Position numbers and translations under genes: made by a program. The notes below the pieces were generated by a model. It saw nothing but the letters and a program-made list of their open reading frames with translations. It had not been told where the DNA came from and did not search any database. Shown piece by piece: positions 9,222 to 17,447 of a stretch of DNA of 64,000 bases. The stretch's first letter is position 1. Every line of letters starts with the position of its first letter. The stretch comes from an uncultured Candidatus Actinomarina sp. Its GTDB lineage: Bacteria; Actinomycetota; Acidimicrobiia; Actinomarinales; Actinomarinaceae. Where the stretch lies: contig CACGVI010000003.1 in assembly GCA_902576605.1 (NCBI GenBank), forward strand, positions 919 through 64,918, in the 5' to 3' direction.

Positions 9222-10804
9222 CTTGGTACAACTACTATTTGACCCTCTGAGATATTTCCTTTTACTTCAACAAAGCCATCAGTAAATACTCCTATTTCAA
9301 CAGCAACATAACTTGTATCAACACCAGATTCTCCTTCAAATGTTCCAGAATCAAGAACTCCATCATAAACTTCTAAAGCATATCCACCTTCTGCTAAAGC
9401 GAGAAGAGCATTCACTGGAACATAAAGAACATTTTCTGAAATCTCAGTTGTAACAAACACCTTTACAGGAGCTTGATCGTAAGCCTCAATCTCCTCAGGG
9501 TTCAGAACTTCAAGTGTTACCTCAATAAACTCTCCTGCTTGAGTTTGTGTTACAACTTGGTCTATAAAAGTGATAACTGTTGGGACTCTCTCGTCTGTCG
9601 GAAGTTCTATCTCAACACTATCACCAAGAGATACTGTTTCCTGATCGGTTGCGTCAACTTGGAAGACAACTTCAATTCCAATAGAAGAAATATTGTAAAG
9701 TGGTGAGTTTAATACGACCGCGGAACCAACATCATTAATATAAGAACCAACAATAATTGGTGTTTTTGATGCATATGCATTTGTTGGGCTAAAAGTTTCT
9801 GACTTTGAAGCAAGCTCTAGTTCTTCCAACTCTTCTTTTGCTTTTTCTAATTCAGCTGCTTGGTCAACACCTTCATTGTAACTTTTTAAGGCATCATCAA
9901 ATGCTTTTTGAGCTGTCTCAATAGCTAAGGCTTCTGTTGCATCAATTCCAGATTCCTTGCCTTTTTCTAAATCTTTAATTCTTTTTTGTTTTTCAATCTC
10001 ATCTCTAAGATCCTGGATTTCAGAGTCACGAGTATCATTTTCTATTTTTTCTTTTGTTTGTGGATTTGAGTCATCTTGAAGTAATGAAATACTTTGTTCG
10101 GCATTTTTAATTGCTTCATCAGCTGCAATCCATGCTGCGCTTTCTTCAGTAGCAGCTTCTTTTGCATCATCTAACTTTTTCTTTTTGTCGTTGACTTGTG
10201 CCAAAGTAGTTCCACCATCTGAGATTGTCTCTTCAATATTTTCAACTTCGGTCTTTTTTAAATTTATAGCAACCTGCTCTGCTGGCGTAATTTCAGATTT
10301 TGTATCAATGCTGTAATCAATATAAAGAGCATTAAGCATATTTGAAGTAGTTTCATCAAAAGTTTCATCTGGTGTAAACTCATCTGGTGTGTAGCCCAAA
10401 AACACAAGTGCTTGCTCAAGTTGCAAAACATCAGGGCCAGGGTCAGAGTTCAAATCTAAAGTTCTATAAAATGGTGTCGCCCCTTCAACTAAAATTACAG
10501 GTTTATTATCAATAGCAAAGAGTACTTCTCCAAAATTTATGATTGTTCCCTCTTTAGGTACAAAGGTCACAACTCCTGACATTGGTGAGTTGAGCACCTT
10601 GCTATCGGTCTGCCTTAATGTTCCGTTGTATTCTTCTTTTTTTTCTAGATCACCCTTTTGTATAGCAACAGTAGTAAGTTCTAGAGTTTTATTGCTTGAG
10701 GATGTGTCTGTGTTCTGGGTTCCAAAATAATAGCCGCCGAATCCCAATGCAGCTAAAGCAATTAAAGTCAGTAAGTTTCTTAATTTAAATATATTTTTCA
10801 TCAT
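9218..10804 (-). CDS. Membrane-anchored periplasmic-adaptor (HlyD/MFP-like) protein with a peptidoglycan-binding-like segment and a long coiled coil
   Basis: N-terminal TM anchor, a lipoyl-like hairpin (GVVTFVPKEGTIINFGEVLF), a PG_binding_1-like stretch (GPDVLQLEQALVFLGY), about 200 aa of K/E-rich coiled coil, and a C-terminal beta-barrel-like region. Overlaps the ATPase gene by 4 nt. Confidence 0.7.
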   Translation of the reverse strand: MMKNIFKLRNLLTLIALAALGFGGYYFGTQNTDTSSSNKTLELTTVAIQKGDLEKKEEYNGTLRQTDSKVLNSPMSGVVTFVPKEGTIINFGEVLFAIDNKPVILVEGATPFYRTLDLNSDPGPDVLQLEQALVFLGYTPDEFTPDETFDETTSNMLNALYIDYSIDTKSEITPAEQVAINLKKTEVENIEETISDGGTTLAQVNDKKKKLDDAKEAATEESAAWIAADEAIKNAEQSISLLQDDSNPQTKEKIENDTRDSEIQDLRDEIEKQKRIKDLEKGKESGIDATEALAIETAQKAFDDALKSYNEGVDQAAELEKAKEELEELELASKSETFSPTNAYASKTPIIVGSYINDVGSAVVLNSPLYNISSIGIEVVFQVDATDQETVSLGDSVEIELPTDERVPTVITFIDQVVTQTQAGEFIEVTLEVLNPEEIEAYDQAPVKVFVTTEISENVLYVPVNALLALAEGGYALEVYDGVLDSGTFEGESGVDTSYVAVEIGVFTDGFVEVKGNISEGQIVVVPR

Positions 10805-10866
10805 TATTCCAATTAGAGTAGTTTATTAAACATGTATGTTTTCTGAGAATTAATTTATTAATTTTT

Positions 10867-11466
10867 TTATGCATCCCACTCCTCATCTTTTAACTCTTCT
10901 GGCATTTTGTCTTCACATGCTTGCCATGTTTGAACTATAGGATCATCTTCTCTAAGTTCCCAATCTTCATCAATATAAACATCTAACCTAACTTCTCTGT
11001 TGAAATAGTCTGGGTCTGGAACTTTTGGATATCCATTTTCTCTAAAACACTTTGCCATAAACAGTGATCTATCTATTTCTTTCGATACCTGGGCTGGGTC
11101 TTCAAATTGATTTTCATCTGCTACACCCCATAAATTATACTTCAAAGCACATTCCTCGATAATATCCCAAAGTTCCTCTGCTTCTTGTTCTGTTATTGTT
11201 TCAAAATATGATGCAATTGTGGTGTATAGGTCTAAAAAGTTTTTTGGTTCTTTAAATTTATACCCAGATTCATTAACACACTGAACAAGCACTAATGGTG
11301 CGTCGTCGTCTGAAATTTCTTCTCGTTCGTCAGTAAGCTGTACACCGGAGGCAATTGCTTCTTTTCCTTTATCGGTATCTGCGACTGAAACAACAGCTTG
11401 TTCTTCTTGTTGGAATAGTGAACAAGCAGTAAATAAAACTAATATTATTGAGGCTTTTCTGTACAT
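10867..11466 (-). CDS. Secreted lipoprotein of the Cys-motif family (P2)
   Basis: Lipobox LVLFTAC. Two repeats: LVQCVNESGYKFKEP...IEECALKYNLW and MAKCFRENGYPKVPDP...WQACEDK. Confidence 0.55.
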   Translation of the reverse strand: MYRKASIILVLFTACSLFQQEEQAVVSVADTDKGKEAIASGVQLTDEREEISDDDAPLVLVQCVNESGYKFKEPKNFLDLYTTIASYFETITEQEAEELWDIIEECALKYNLWGVADENQFEDPAQVSKEIDRSLFMAKCFRENGYPKVPDPDYFNREVRLDVYIDEDWELREDDPIVQTWQACEDKMPEELKDEEWDA

Positions 11467-11562
11467 ATAAAATTATAAATTATATGTAGCTTTAACCTCC
11501 CCCTTGTTGTGGTGGGTCAATTCCAAGATCGTCAAAACATAAATTAGCTTGTTTCTAAATAC

Positions 11563-12054
11563 TTATTTTTGCCAGCCACATTCTTGTAATAACGGCATAA
11601 TATCATCTCTAGATTCCTTGAGCCCACTTAGGTCTACCTTGGGTTCTTGTTGACTTGGATCAGGAACGTTTAACCCTTTTTCTCTTAAGCATTTAGCCAA
11701 TTCAAGATTTTCATCATATATTTTGGCAAGCTCTTCTGGATTCAGTGAAGATGAATCTGACCAGAGATTATATTTGCTTAAACAGTAATCAACATCTTCT
11801 CTTAACTGCAGCTGTTCCTCTTTGCTATTACTTAACTGACTAATTGTCGTTTTTAAATCTTCAATATCAAATGGTGTTGCAATGTTATATCCCATTTCTT
11901 CGTTTAAGCATTGAGTTAAAACAATTGGATAATCCTCTTCCGCTATAACCGAAGTGGTAGTTGTGTCATTTGATAAAGAGGCTACGCCTTCATCGCTAGA
12001 AGGTGAACATAAGTTAAAGAGAAGAGTAAAAATTATTATATTTATTTTTTTCAA
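11563..12054 (-). CDS. Secreted lipoprotein of the Cys-motif family (P3, tandem paralog of P2)
   Basis: Taking the TTG at 12054 (2 nt after the upstream stop) gives MKKINIIIFTLLFNLCS, a lipoprotein signal. Repeats: LTQCLNEEMGYNIATP...VDYCLSKYNLW and LAKCLREKGLNVPDP...LQECG. The longer ORF-track start (12138) would overlap the upstream gene. Confidence 0.5.
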   Translation of the reverse strand: MKKINIIIFTLLFNLCSPSSDEGVASLSNDTTTTSVIAEEDYPIVLTQCLNEEMGYNIATPFDIEDLKTTISQLSNSKEEQLQLREDVDYCLSKYNLWSDSSSLNPEELAKIYDENLELAKCLREKGLNVPDPSQQEPKVDLSGLKESRDDIMPLLQECGWQK

Positions 12055-12056
12055 TT

Positions 12057-13157
12057 TTATTTGTTTCTCAAACCAAACAAAGGCCTTATTGGCTTGATGT
12101 TTTTTATAGCGTGATAAATAGTTAAAGAAAGAAAACAAATCAAGAATAGAGCAATTGGAAATTTTATTATTGGATGAATATTTATGCCAGAAAAAAAATA
12201 CATTACTGCCATTTGTACTGGTAAATGAACAATATAAACAGGATAAACAGCTGTTTTGTAATAAGTTAGTTGGGGCGAGTCCTTGTTAAGATAAACAGCC
12301 CCCAACCCAAGCATTAAAAATATAAAATTGAATGATTCAAAAGAGATTAAACGATTATCCAACGAAAAACCATCTTCAAAGTTGTTAAAGAATCTATAAA
12401 AGTAAAATGCGAACCCAATAAAAAAGTGAGTTTTCCAATTTCGTTTATTAGACTCCCAAAATGCTTCACCTTGGGAAACTAAGAGGATTCCAAGGAAAAA
12501 CCATATAAAACCCAGTAGAAAACCGTGACTTGTGTTTGCATACTCTTGATAAGATCTTCCATAATTTACAGACTCAGAATAGGCAGTAGTGTTTAACAAA
12601 TGGCCTTCAAGAATAATTGGAATTGAAAAAACAAAAACTCCACCCGGCATACTTAAAATTTTTGAAAATATATTTTCCTTTGCTGCTTTGTTTGAAATTA
12701 GATTTAAAAACGGAATCAGAATAAGGCAATAAATAAATATATTTTTTAGAAACCATAAATGAGCGCCATCAAATATTGTGATAACGCTTAACCATAAATA
12801 TTCACTAGACCAACCTTCGTAAAAAGTAAGAGTAATTGCAAGTGATGCAGTACCGAAGATTATTGTGCCAAAAATATAGGGAATAATTAAAATTTTTATT
12901 CTTTCTTTAAGCATTTCTACTTTTGTTCGTCTTTGAAAAGATAGTCTCAGAGCAATTCCCGAAATCAAAAACACAAGGGGTATTCTCCATGAATTCATTA
13001 TGCTTAATAAGTCCCAAACTTCATCATTAAATCTTTTGTTTTGTACAAATCCAATGTAAGGAGCAACGGAAGTAAACGAAATTGCAAGATGGTAAAAAAT
13101 AAGCAGAAACATTGCTATAGATCGCAATGCATCTATATCATATCTTCTTTGGTTCAT
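12057..13157 (-). CDS. Acyltransferase family 3 (membrane O-acyltransferase)
   Basis: MNQRRYDIDALRSIAMFLLIFYHL is the hallmark N-terminus of acyltransferase_3 proteins. There are about 10 TM segments. I place the start at ATG 13157, because the 13274 start would overlap the thioesterase gene. Confidence 0.65.
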   Translation of the reverse strand: MNQRRYDIDALRSIAMFLLIFYHLAISFTSVAPYIGFVQNKRFNDEVWDLLSIMNSWRIPLVFLISGIALRLSFQRRTKVEMLKERIKILIIPYIFGTIIFGTASLAITLTFYEGWSSEYLWLSVITIFDGAHLWFLKNIFIYCLILIPFLNLISNKAAKENIFSKILSMPGGVFVFSIPIILEGHLLNTTAYSESVNYGRSYQEYANTSHGFLLGFIWFFLGILLVSQGEAFWESNKRNWKTHFFIGFAFYFYRFFNNFEDGFSLDNRLISFESFNFIFLMLGLGAVYLNKDSPQLTYYKTAVYPVYIVHLPVQMAVMYFFSGINIHPIIKFPIALFLICFLSLTIYHAIKNIKPIRPLFGLRNK

Positions 13158-13185
13158 GTAAATAATATTAGTGCCTACGTTTTGA

Positions 13186-13620
13186 TTAATTAAACTGCAG
13201 GTTTTCTTTAAGATCGTCTGTAATTGGTGTTGGTTGCATAGTTGTTTGGTCAGTGTACACATGAACAGCTTCACAAGAACTTACTAACTCGCCTGTTTCT
13301 TTTAAAAACATTCCCATCGTCCAAGTCATGCTCGAGTTACCAATATCTTTGATTTTGACACCAATCTCAATATCTTGATCAAAGTAAAGTGGCTTGTTGT
13401 ATTGGACTAATATCTGTACTGTATGGAAATCTTTTTGAGTATCTTCTATGTCTTTTAGATAGTCATAATTTACATACTTAAAATAAGCAGTGATAGCTTG
13501 ATCAAAAAATGCAACATGATTTGCGTTATGCATTACGCCTTGTGGATCAAGTTCATAATATCTCACTGTCGCTTCCCAAAAAGCTTGGAAGTCATCTTTA
13601 GAAAGAGCTATTTTTGACAT
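13186..13620 (-). CDS. Hotdog-fold acyl-CoA thioesterase (YbgC/4HBT-like)
   Basis: 144 aa. The pattern RYYELDPQGVMHNANHVAFFDQA is typical of the 4HBT/YbgC N-terminal catalytic region. Confidence 0.65.
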   Translation of the reverse strand: MSKIALSKDDFQAFWEATVRYYELDPQGVMHNANHVAFFDQAITAYFKYVNYDYLKDIEDTQKDFHTVQILVQYNKPLYFDQDIEIGVKIKDIGNSSMTWTMGMFLKETGELVSSCEAVHVYTDQTTMQPTPITDDLKENLQFN

Positions 13621-14823
13621 CTAAACAAAAATTTGTGTTTTTGGCTCTATTCCTCCTGTAAGAGGCATTGCGTATTCAAAAAATTCATTTGTAACATACG
13701 GCTTACTTTCATCTAAAAACTCTTGTGGCATATCTTTTGTGTGCTTTGCAACCTTACTTAGCTCGACAACATCTACATCACAGCTATATGTTTCTGACAA
13801 TTGTCTTTTTAGAATTACTGATCCACTTAAAATTTCTTTAGAAGCAACAACAGCATGCTGTCCGACTCTCTCTGCTTCTTCAGCATCTACCTCAGAAACA
13901 TCAGCTAAAAACGATCTTTGCAAGTATCCAAAAGTATCAGCCCTAACCCTTGCTCCATCTATATGTTCTGAAACAATATTTGTTAAAGTATCTCCTAATG
14001 CACCTGAACCTGATAACTGGATATTTCCATGACTATCTGTTTTTCCAGCTAGCCCAGATCCTGTTTCACTAGCATAGGTCTGTAAGAAATACTCTCCTTC
14101 TTCATTATGAATACCCTCTGAAACGGCTATTACACATCTTCCTAGTGAGTCGTAGACTTCTTTGACTTCTTTTAGAAACTCATCAATTTGAAACACTTTT
14201 TCCGGAACATAAACTAAATGTGGACCGTCATCTTGAGTTGCTTTGCCTAAAGTACTAGCGGCAGTAAGCCATCCGGCATGTCTTCCCATCAAAACATTAA
14301 TCTTGATTCCTTTTAAGCTTCTGTTGTCGGCATCATCACCTTGAAATGCATGTGCAACAAAACGAGCAGCTGAACCATAGCCTGGACAGTGGTCTGTTTC
14401 AAGCAAGTCATTATCAATTGTTTTTGGTATATGGAATGCTTTCATTTCATATCCAATAGATTTTGCTCCTTCAGAAACTAGGTTTGCTGTTTCGGCAGAA
14501 TCATTACCTCCAATATAAAAGAAGTTTCTAATATTTTGTTTTTCAAATATTGATATAAGCTGTTCTATATCGGAGTCTGTTGGTTTTTTTCTTACTGAAC
14601 CAAGCGCTGCGGCAGGCGTTTTACTAATTCCATAAAGCTGGGCTTCAGATAAATTTGATAAATTAACAAAATCTTCACCGAGCATTCCTTCTAATCCATG
14701 TCTTGCACCAAGAATTTCATCGAAATCTGATTTGGTTGCCTCTTTAATAAACCCAACTAGTGATTTATTTATAACAGCCGTTGGACCACCGGATTGTCCA
14801 ATTACTGCTTTGCCTTGTGGCAT
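13621..14823 (-). CDS. 6-phosphofructokinase, probably pyrophosphate-dependent
   Basis: PFK motifs GGPTAVIN, IGGNDS, PKTIDNDL and MGRHAGWL. The Asp in GGxDS and the Lys in PKTIDND are the residues established as diagnostic for PPi- rather than ATP-dependent PFKs. Confidence 0.8.
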   Translation of the reverse strand: MPQGKAVIGQSGGPTAVINKSLVGFIKEATKSDFDEILGARHGLEGMLGEDFVNLSNLSEAQLYGISKTPAAALGSVRKKPTDSDIEQLISIFEKQNIRNFFYIGGNDSAETANLVSEGAKSIGYEMKAFHIPKTIDNDLLETDHCPGYGSAARFVAHAFQGDDADNRSLKGIKINVLMGRHAGWLTAASTLGKATQDDGPHLVYVPEKVFQIDEFLKEVKEVYDSLGRCVIAVSEGIHNEEGEYFLQTYASETGSGLAGKTDSHGNIQLSGSGALGDTLTNIVSEHIDGARVRADTFGYLQRSFLADVSEVDAEEAERVGQHAVVASKEILSGSVILKRQLSETYSCDVDVVELSKVAKHTKDMPQEFLDESKPYVTNEFFEYAMPLTGGIEPKTQIFV

Positions 14824-14826
14824 TTT

Positions 14827-15735
14827 TTAACTCCCGTTTTGGTATACAGATATAAAACTTAGGTAAGAGTTTGCTATTTCAGAAACAGCATCTTCACGTG
14901 ATTTCTCACCAGTATGCCACCCTTTAAGAGAATCCCAAAAGATAGACCTTCCAATTGCAAAACCCTTGTATCCGTCAACTGATGAACCAGCTCTTAACCA
15001 CTCATTAACTTTTTCATCATTTGCGCCTCTACCAAGCACAACTGCTATGACATCTTCTCTGCCACCATCTTTGATTACTTTAGAAACATTTTCACAGTCA
15101 TCAGTGGTGTCTAGTCCTTCAATCTTCCAAATATCTGGATCAGCTCCTCGCTCTCTCATTTCTTCAACTACCTGAACAGCAAGTTTTGGTCTAATTTCTG
15201 AGTCATACCTAGCTTGATCTCCACCAACACTTTCTAACTGTTGTTCGGATGCAGGAACTAAAAATTCTAAAAGAAATTTTCTTTCGTTTTCATCAAGCCA
15301 ATCAGATAATCTTTTAATTCTTTCTCCTTGAATTTGTCTAGTGTCTGTATCGTCATCTGGGTTCCAACGAACTAAAATTTTTACAAAGTCTGCATTAACC
15401 TCTTTAATTTTCTCTCCAAAGTCATCTCCGTATTCAAAGTCAAATACTTTTTGTCCAGACTTTTCGACTGGGGCAGCAAATTTAATTCCCATTTCTTTTG
15501 CTTTTTCTTGTACTTGTAGGCCAAAAGCTTCATCAACTAATATTGCGGGGTCTCCACCCTCGATGCCTTGATTTCTTGCTTCAAGAAAACCATCAAAAAT
15601 AATATCTTTCATGGAGGATACTCTTGCGACCTCATCACTACTGGGTGCTCTTCCCTCAACGCCCAAAAGTCCTTTGGTTAAGGTGCCTCTGTGGTCAAAT
15701 GCAAGAATGTATAAATCGCTTGAGTATCCCTTCAC
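14827..15735 (-). CDS. Class I (DeoC/LacD-family) aldolase, tagatose-/fructose-bisphosphate aldolase-like
   Basis: The N-terminal LYILAFDHRGTL matches the LAFDQRG block of LacD-type TIM-barrel aldolases. It lies immediately upstream of the PFK gene. Confidence 0.55.
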   Translation of the reverse strand: MKGYSSDLYILAFDHRGTLTKGLLGVEGRAPSSDEVARVSSMKDIIFDGFLEARNQGIEGGDPAILVDEAFGLQVQEKAKEMGIKFAAPVEKSGQKVFDFEYGDDFGEKIKEVNADFVKILVRWNPDDDTDTRQIQGERIKRLSDWLDENERKFLLEFLVPASEQQLESVGGDQARYDSEIRPKLAVQVVEEMRERGADPDIWKIEGLDTTDDCENVSKVIKDGGREDVIAVVLGRGANDEKVNEWLRAGSSVDGYKGFAIGRSIFWDSLKGWHTGEKSREDAVSEIANSYLSFISVYQNGS

Positions 15736-15744
15736 AAGTCTCCT

Positions 15745-16668
15745 TTAAATTTTTTCTTTTGTTGTTCTTCTTGTAAACACAAACAACATTATTACTAAAA
15801 CCACTAATGATATTAATAGTAAATAATCTGAATAAACGTTGGTTTGAGCACTTTCTTCAAACACGCCAGAAAGGGATCGTACTAGCTCAACTGTAGTAGT
15901 GCCCCAATTGCTAGCTAGTGTGTCGTCAAGGAAATAAACGTTAGAATTTTGAACTGCTGCTAAATTACCCCAACCATCCCTAATGGACAGGTCCTTATTT
16001 AAATAATCTGAGTGCCCAACAACTATAAAGTCGGGGTTAGATTCGATTACCACCTCTTCACTAAGTGCCGGATAACCACTGCCAAATGGGTCTTCTTCTA
16101 GACCAGCAATATTTTCAACGCCTATTGAGTTATAAATCTGCCCAATTAGGGATTCATTATTTACACTGTAGATTCCATATGTATAGCCGATTTCGTGATA
16201 AACAGAGACGCTTCCAAAGTTTGAATCGTCAAGTATTCGATTAATTTCAAGCTTCATATCTCTAATTTTTGTTCTTGCTTCGCTGCGTTTATTTATAATG
16301 TCACCAACTGTTTCTATTTGTAAATAAACATCATCAAGTGTTCTAGCAGGCGGTAAAAGTACATAGTTGAGCTCTTGATCTTCTAGGCCGCCAACAATTC
16401 CGTTAAAGTCAAAAGCTATAATTACTACGTCTGGTTGTAGTGGAACTAGTTCTTCAGCTGTAACAGTGTATGCGTCAATTCTTTCAACTGGAAAATCTAC
16501 TTCAGAAAAGGAATCTACAGCTACTAAAGTGTCTTGTCCACCAAGTGTTTGAATAACTTCTGTATGTGTTGTTGATAACGAGACCACCCTGATCTCTTCA
16601 TTGTTTTCTTGTGTTATGTTCGAGCACATCGAAAATAGCAAGGCAAGAAAAATTAGTTTTAATTTCAT
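15745..16668 (-). CDS. BtuF/FecB-type (cluster A) substrate-binding lipoprotein, likely cobalamin/corrinoid-binding, with a C-terminal TM anchor
   Basis: Lipobox LLFSMCS. VVSLSTTHTEVIQTLGGQDTLVAVD matches the BtuF N-terminal block. A C-terminal hydrophobic helix is followed by RRTTKEK. It is preceded by a cobalamin riboswitch. Confidence 0.7.
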   Translation of the reverse strand: MKLKLIFLALLFSMCSNITQENNEEIRVVSLSTTHTEVIQTLGGQDTLVAVDSFSEVDFPVERIDAYTVTAEELVPLQPDVVIIAFDFNGIVGGLEDQELNYVLLPPARTLDDVYLQIETVGDIINKRSEARTKIRDMKLEINRILDDSNFGSVSVYHEIGYTYGIYSVNNESLIGQIYNSIGVENIAGLEEDPFGSGYPALSEEVVIESNPDFIVVGHSDYLNKDLSIRDGWGNLAAVQNSNVYFLDDTLASNWGTTTVELVRSLSGVFEESAQTNVYSDYLLLISLVVLVIMLFVFTRRTTKEKI

Positions 16669-16744
16669 AATTTCCTTTCTTACCTTGAGAAAATGTACGA
16701 AATTTTAGAAACTTCATTCCTTCTCTCGAGGATTGTTGTCTTAT

Positions 16745-16830
16745 AAATATTGAAGGCGACCTGACTTATCTTTCGAATCACAGTTGCGGGACAGTGTTAG
16801 GTTTTCACTAACTTCGCTTCAGTATTCTTT
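16745..16830 (-). promoter_or_regulatory. Cobalamin (B12) riboswitch, compact/variant type
   Basis: The minus strand reads GAAGCGAAGUUAGUGAAAACCUAACACUGUCCCGCAACUGUGAUUCGAAAGAUAAGUCAGGUCGCCUUC. The core GUGAAAAxC...CxGUCCCGCxACUGUGA and the B12-box-like AGUCAGGUCGCC align with the cobalamin riboswitch consensus. P1 is GAAGCG/CGCCUUC. Confidence 0.7.
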
Positions 16831-16845
16831 TAAGATGTTAGCAGA

Positions 16846-17445
16846 TTAAATAGAATCTTCTTCTTCGTTTTCTTCGTTTTTTAGGACATCCATTAGTGTG
16901 GGCTCTTCAATGTCTCTTGGTACATCTGGTCTTGGAAGGTCGGATGTTGATGGTGTTTTTTCTGCTGTTCTTTCCGCTCTTGCTTTTTTAATAGAGTTTA
17001 CAAACGACATCATGACTGTTTCTTTTGATTCGTTGCCTGAGCTGCTTTTAGCTTTTTGAGGTTTTTCTTGAGCATCTAGATGAGTCTCCTCCAGTACAAC
17101 AACTTCAATGCCTCCAACCAAGTCGGAAACTAGGTTGTAAAAGAAGGCACCCACTGTGGCAATAGCTGTCTGGGTCAACATATATACAACCGCTAGAGAT
17201 ACTAAGCCGGTAAACAGTGGTTCTATATTTCCAACTAAAGAAGCATTTTGATCTAATAGGGCAAGTCGTCTTGCAATTTCTTCTAGCCCTTGTGGAACTC
17301 CAGCGTTGACTAAAAGCACCCACATGATTGAAAAACCGAGAACGACAGTTAATGCAACCACAAAGTTCAAAACTAGAGTGACTTTTAAAACAGTCCAAGG
17401 ATCAATCTTTCGAATTATTCTTCTAACTCTATTTACGCGAACCAT
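16846..17445 (-). CDS. DUF3566-family transmembrane protein (conserved actinobacterial gene downstream of gyrA)
   Basis: RKIDPWTVLKVTLVLNFV... and ...TVGAFFYNLVSDLVGGIEVVVLEE match the conserved blocks of the Rv0007-type protein, and the position after gyrA is the same. Confidence 0.75.
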   Translation of the reverse strand: MVRVNRVRRIIRKIDPWTVLKVTLVLNFVVALTVVLGFSIMWVLLVNAGVPQGLEEIARRLALLDQNASLVGNIEPLFTGLVSLAVVYMLTQTAIATVGAFFYNLVSDLVGGIEVVVLEETHLDAQEKPQKAKSSSGNESKETVMMSFVNSIKKARAERTAEKTPSTSDLPRPDVPRDIEEPTLMDVLKNEENEEEDSI

Positions 17446-17447
17446 AA

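Noticed and set aside
11487-11512. GC-rich patch (CCTCCCCCTTGTTGTGGTGGG) between the P3 and P2 lipoprotein genes. On the minus strand it reads GGGGGAGG, like a strong SD.
   Set aside because: No start codon follows at a usable distance, and the two G/C runs do not form a convincing hairpin. I cannot assign a function.
13158-13274. N-terminal 39-codon extension of the acyltransferase_3 ORF
   Set aside because: It would overlap the thioesterase gene by 89 nt. The conserved family N-terminus (MNQRRYDIDALRS...) begins at the internal ATG 13157.
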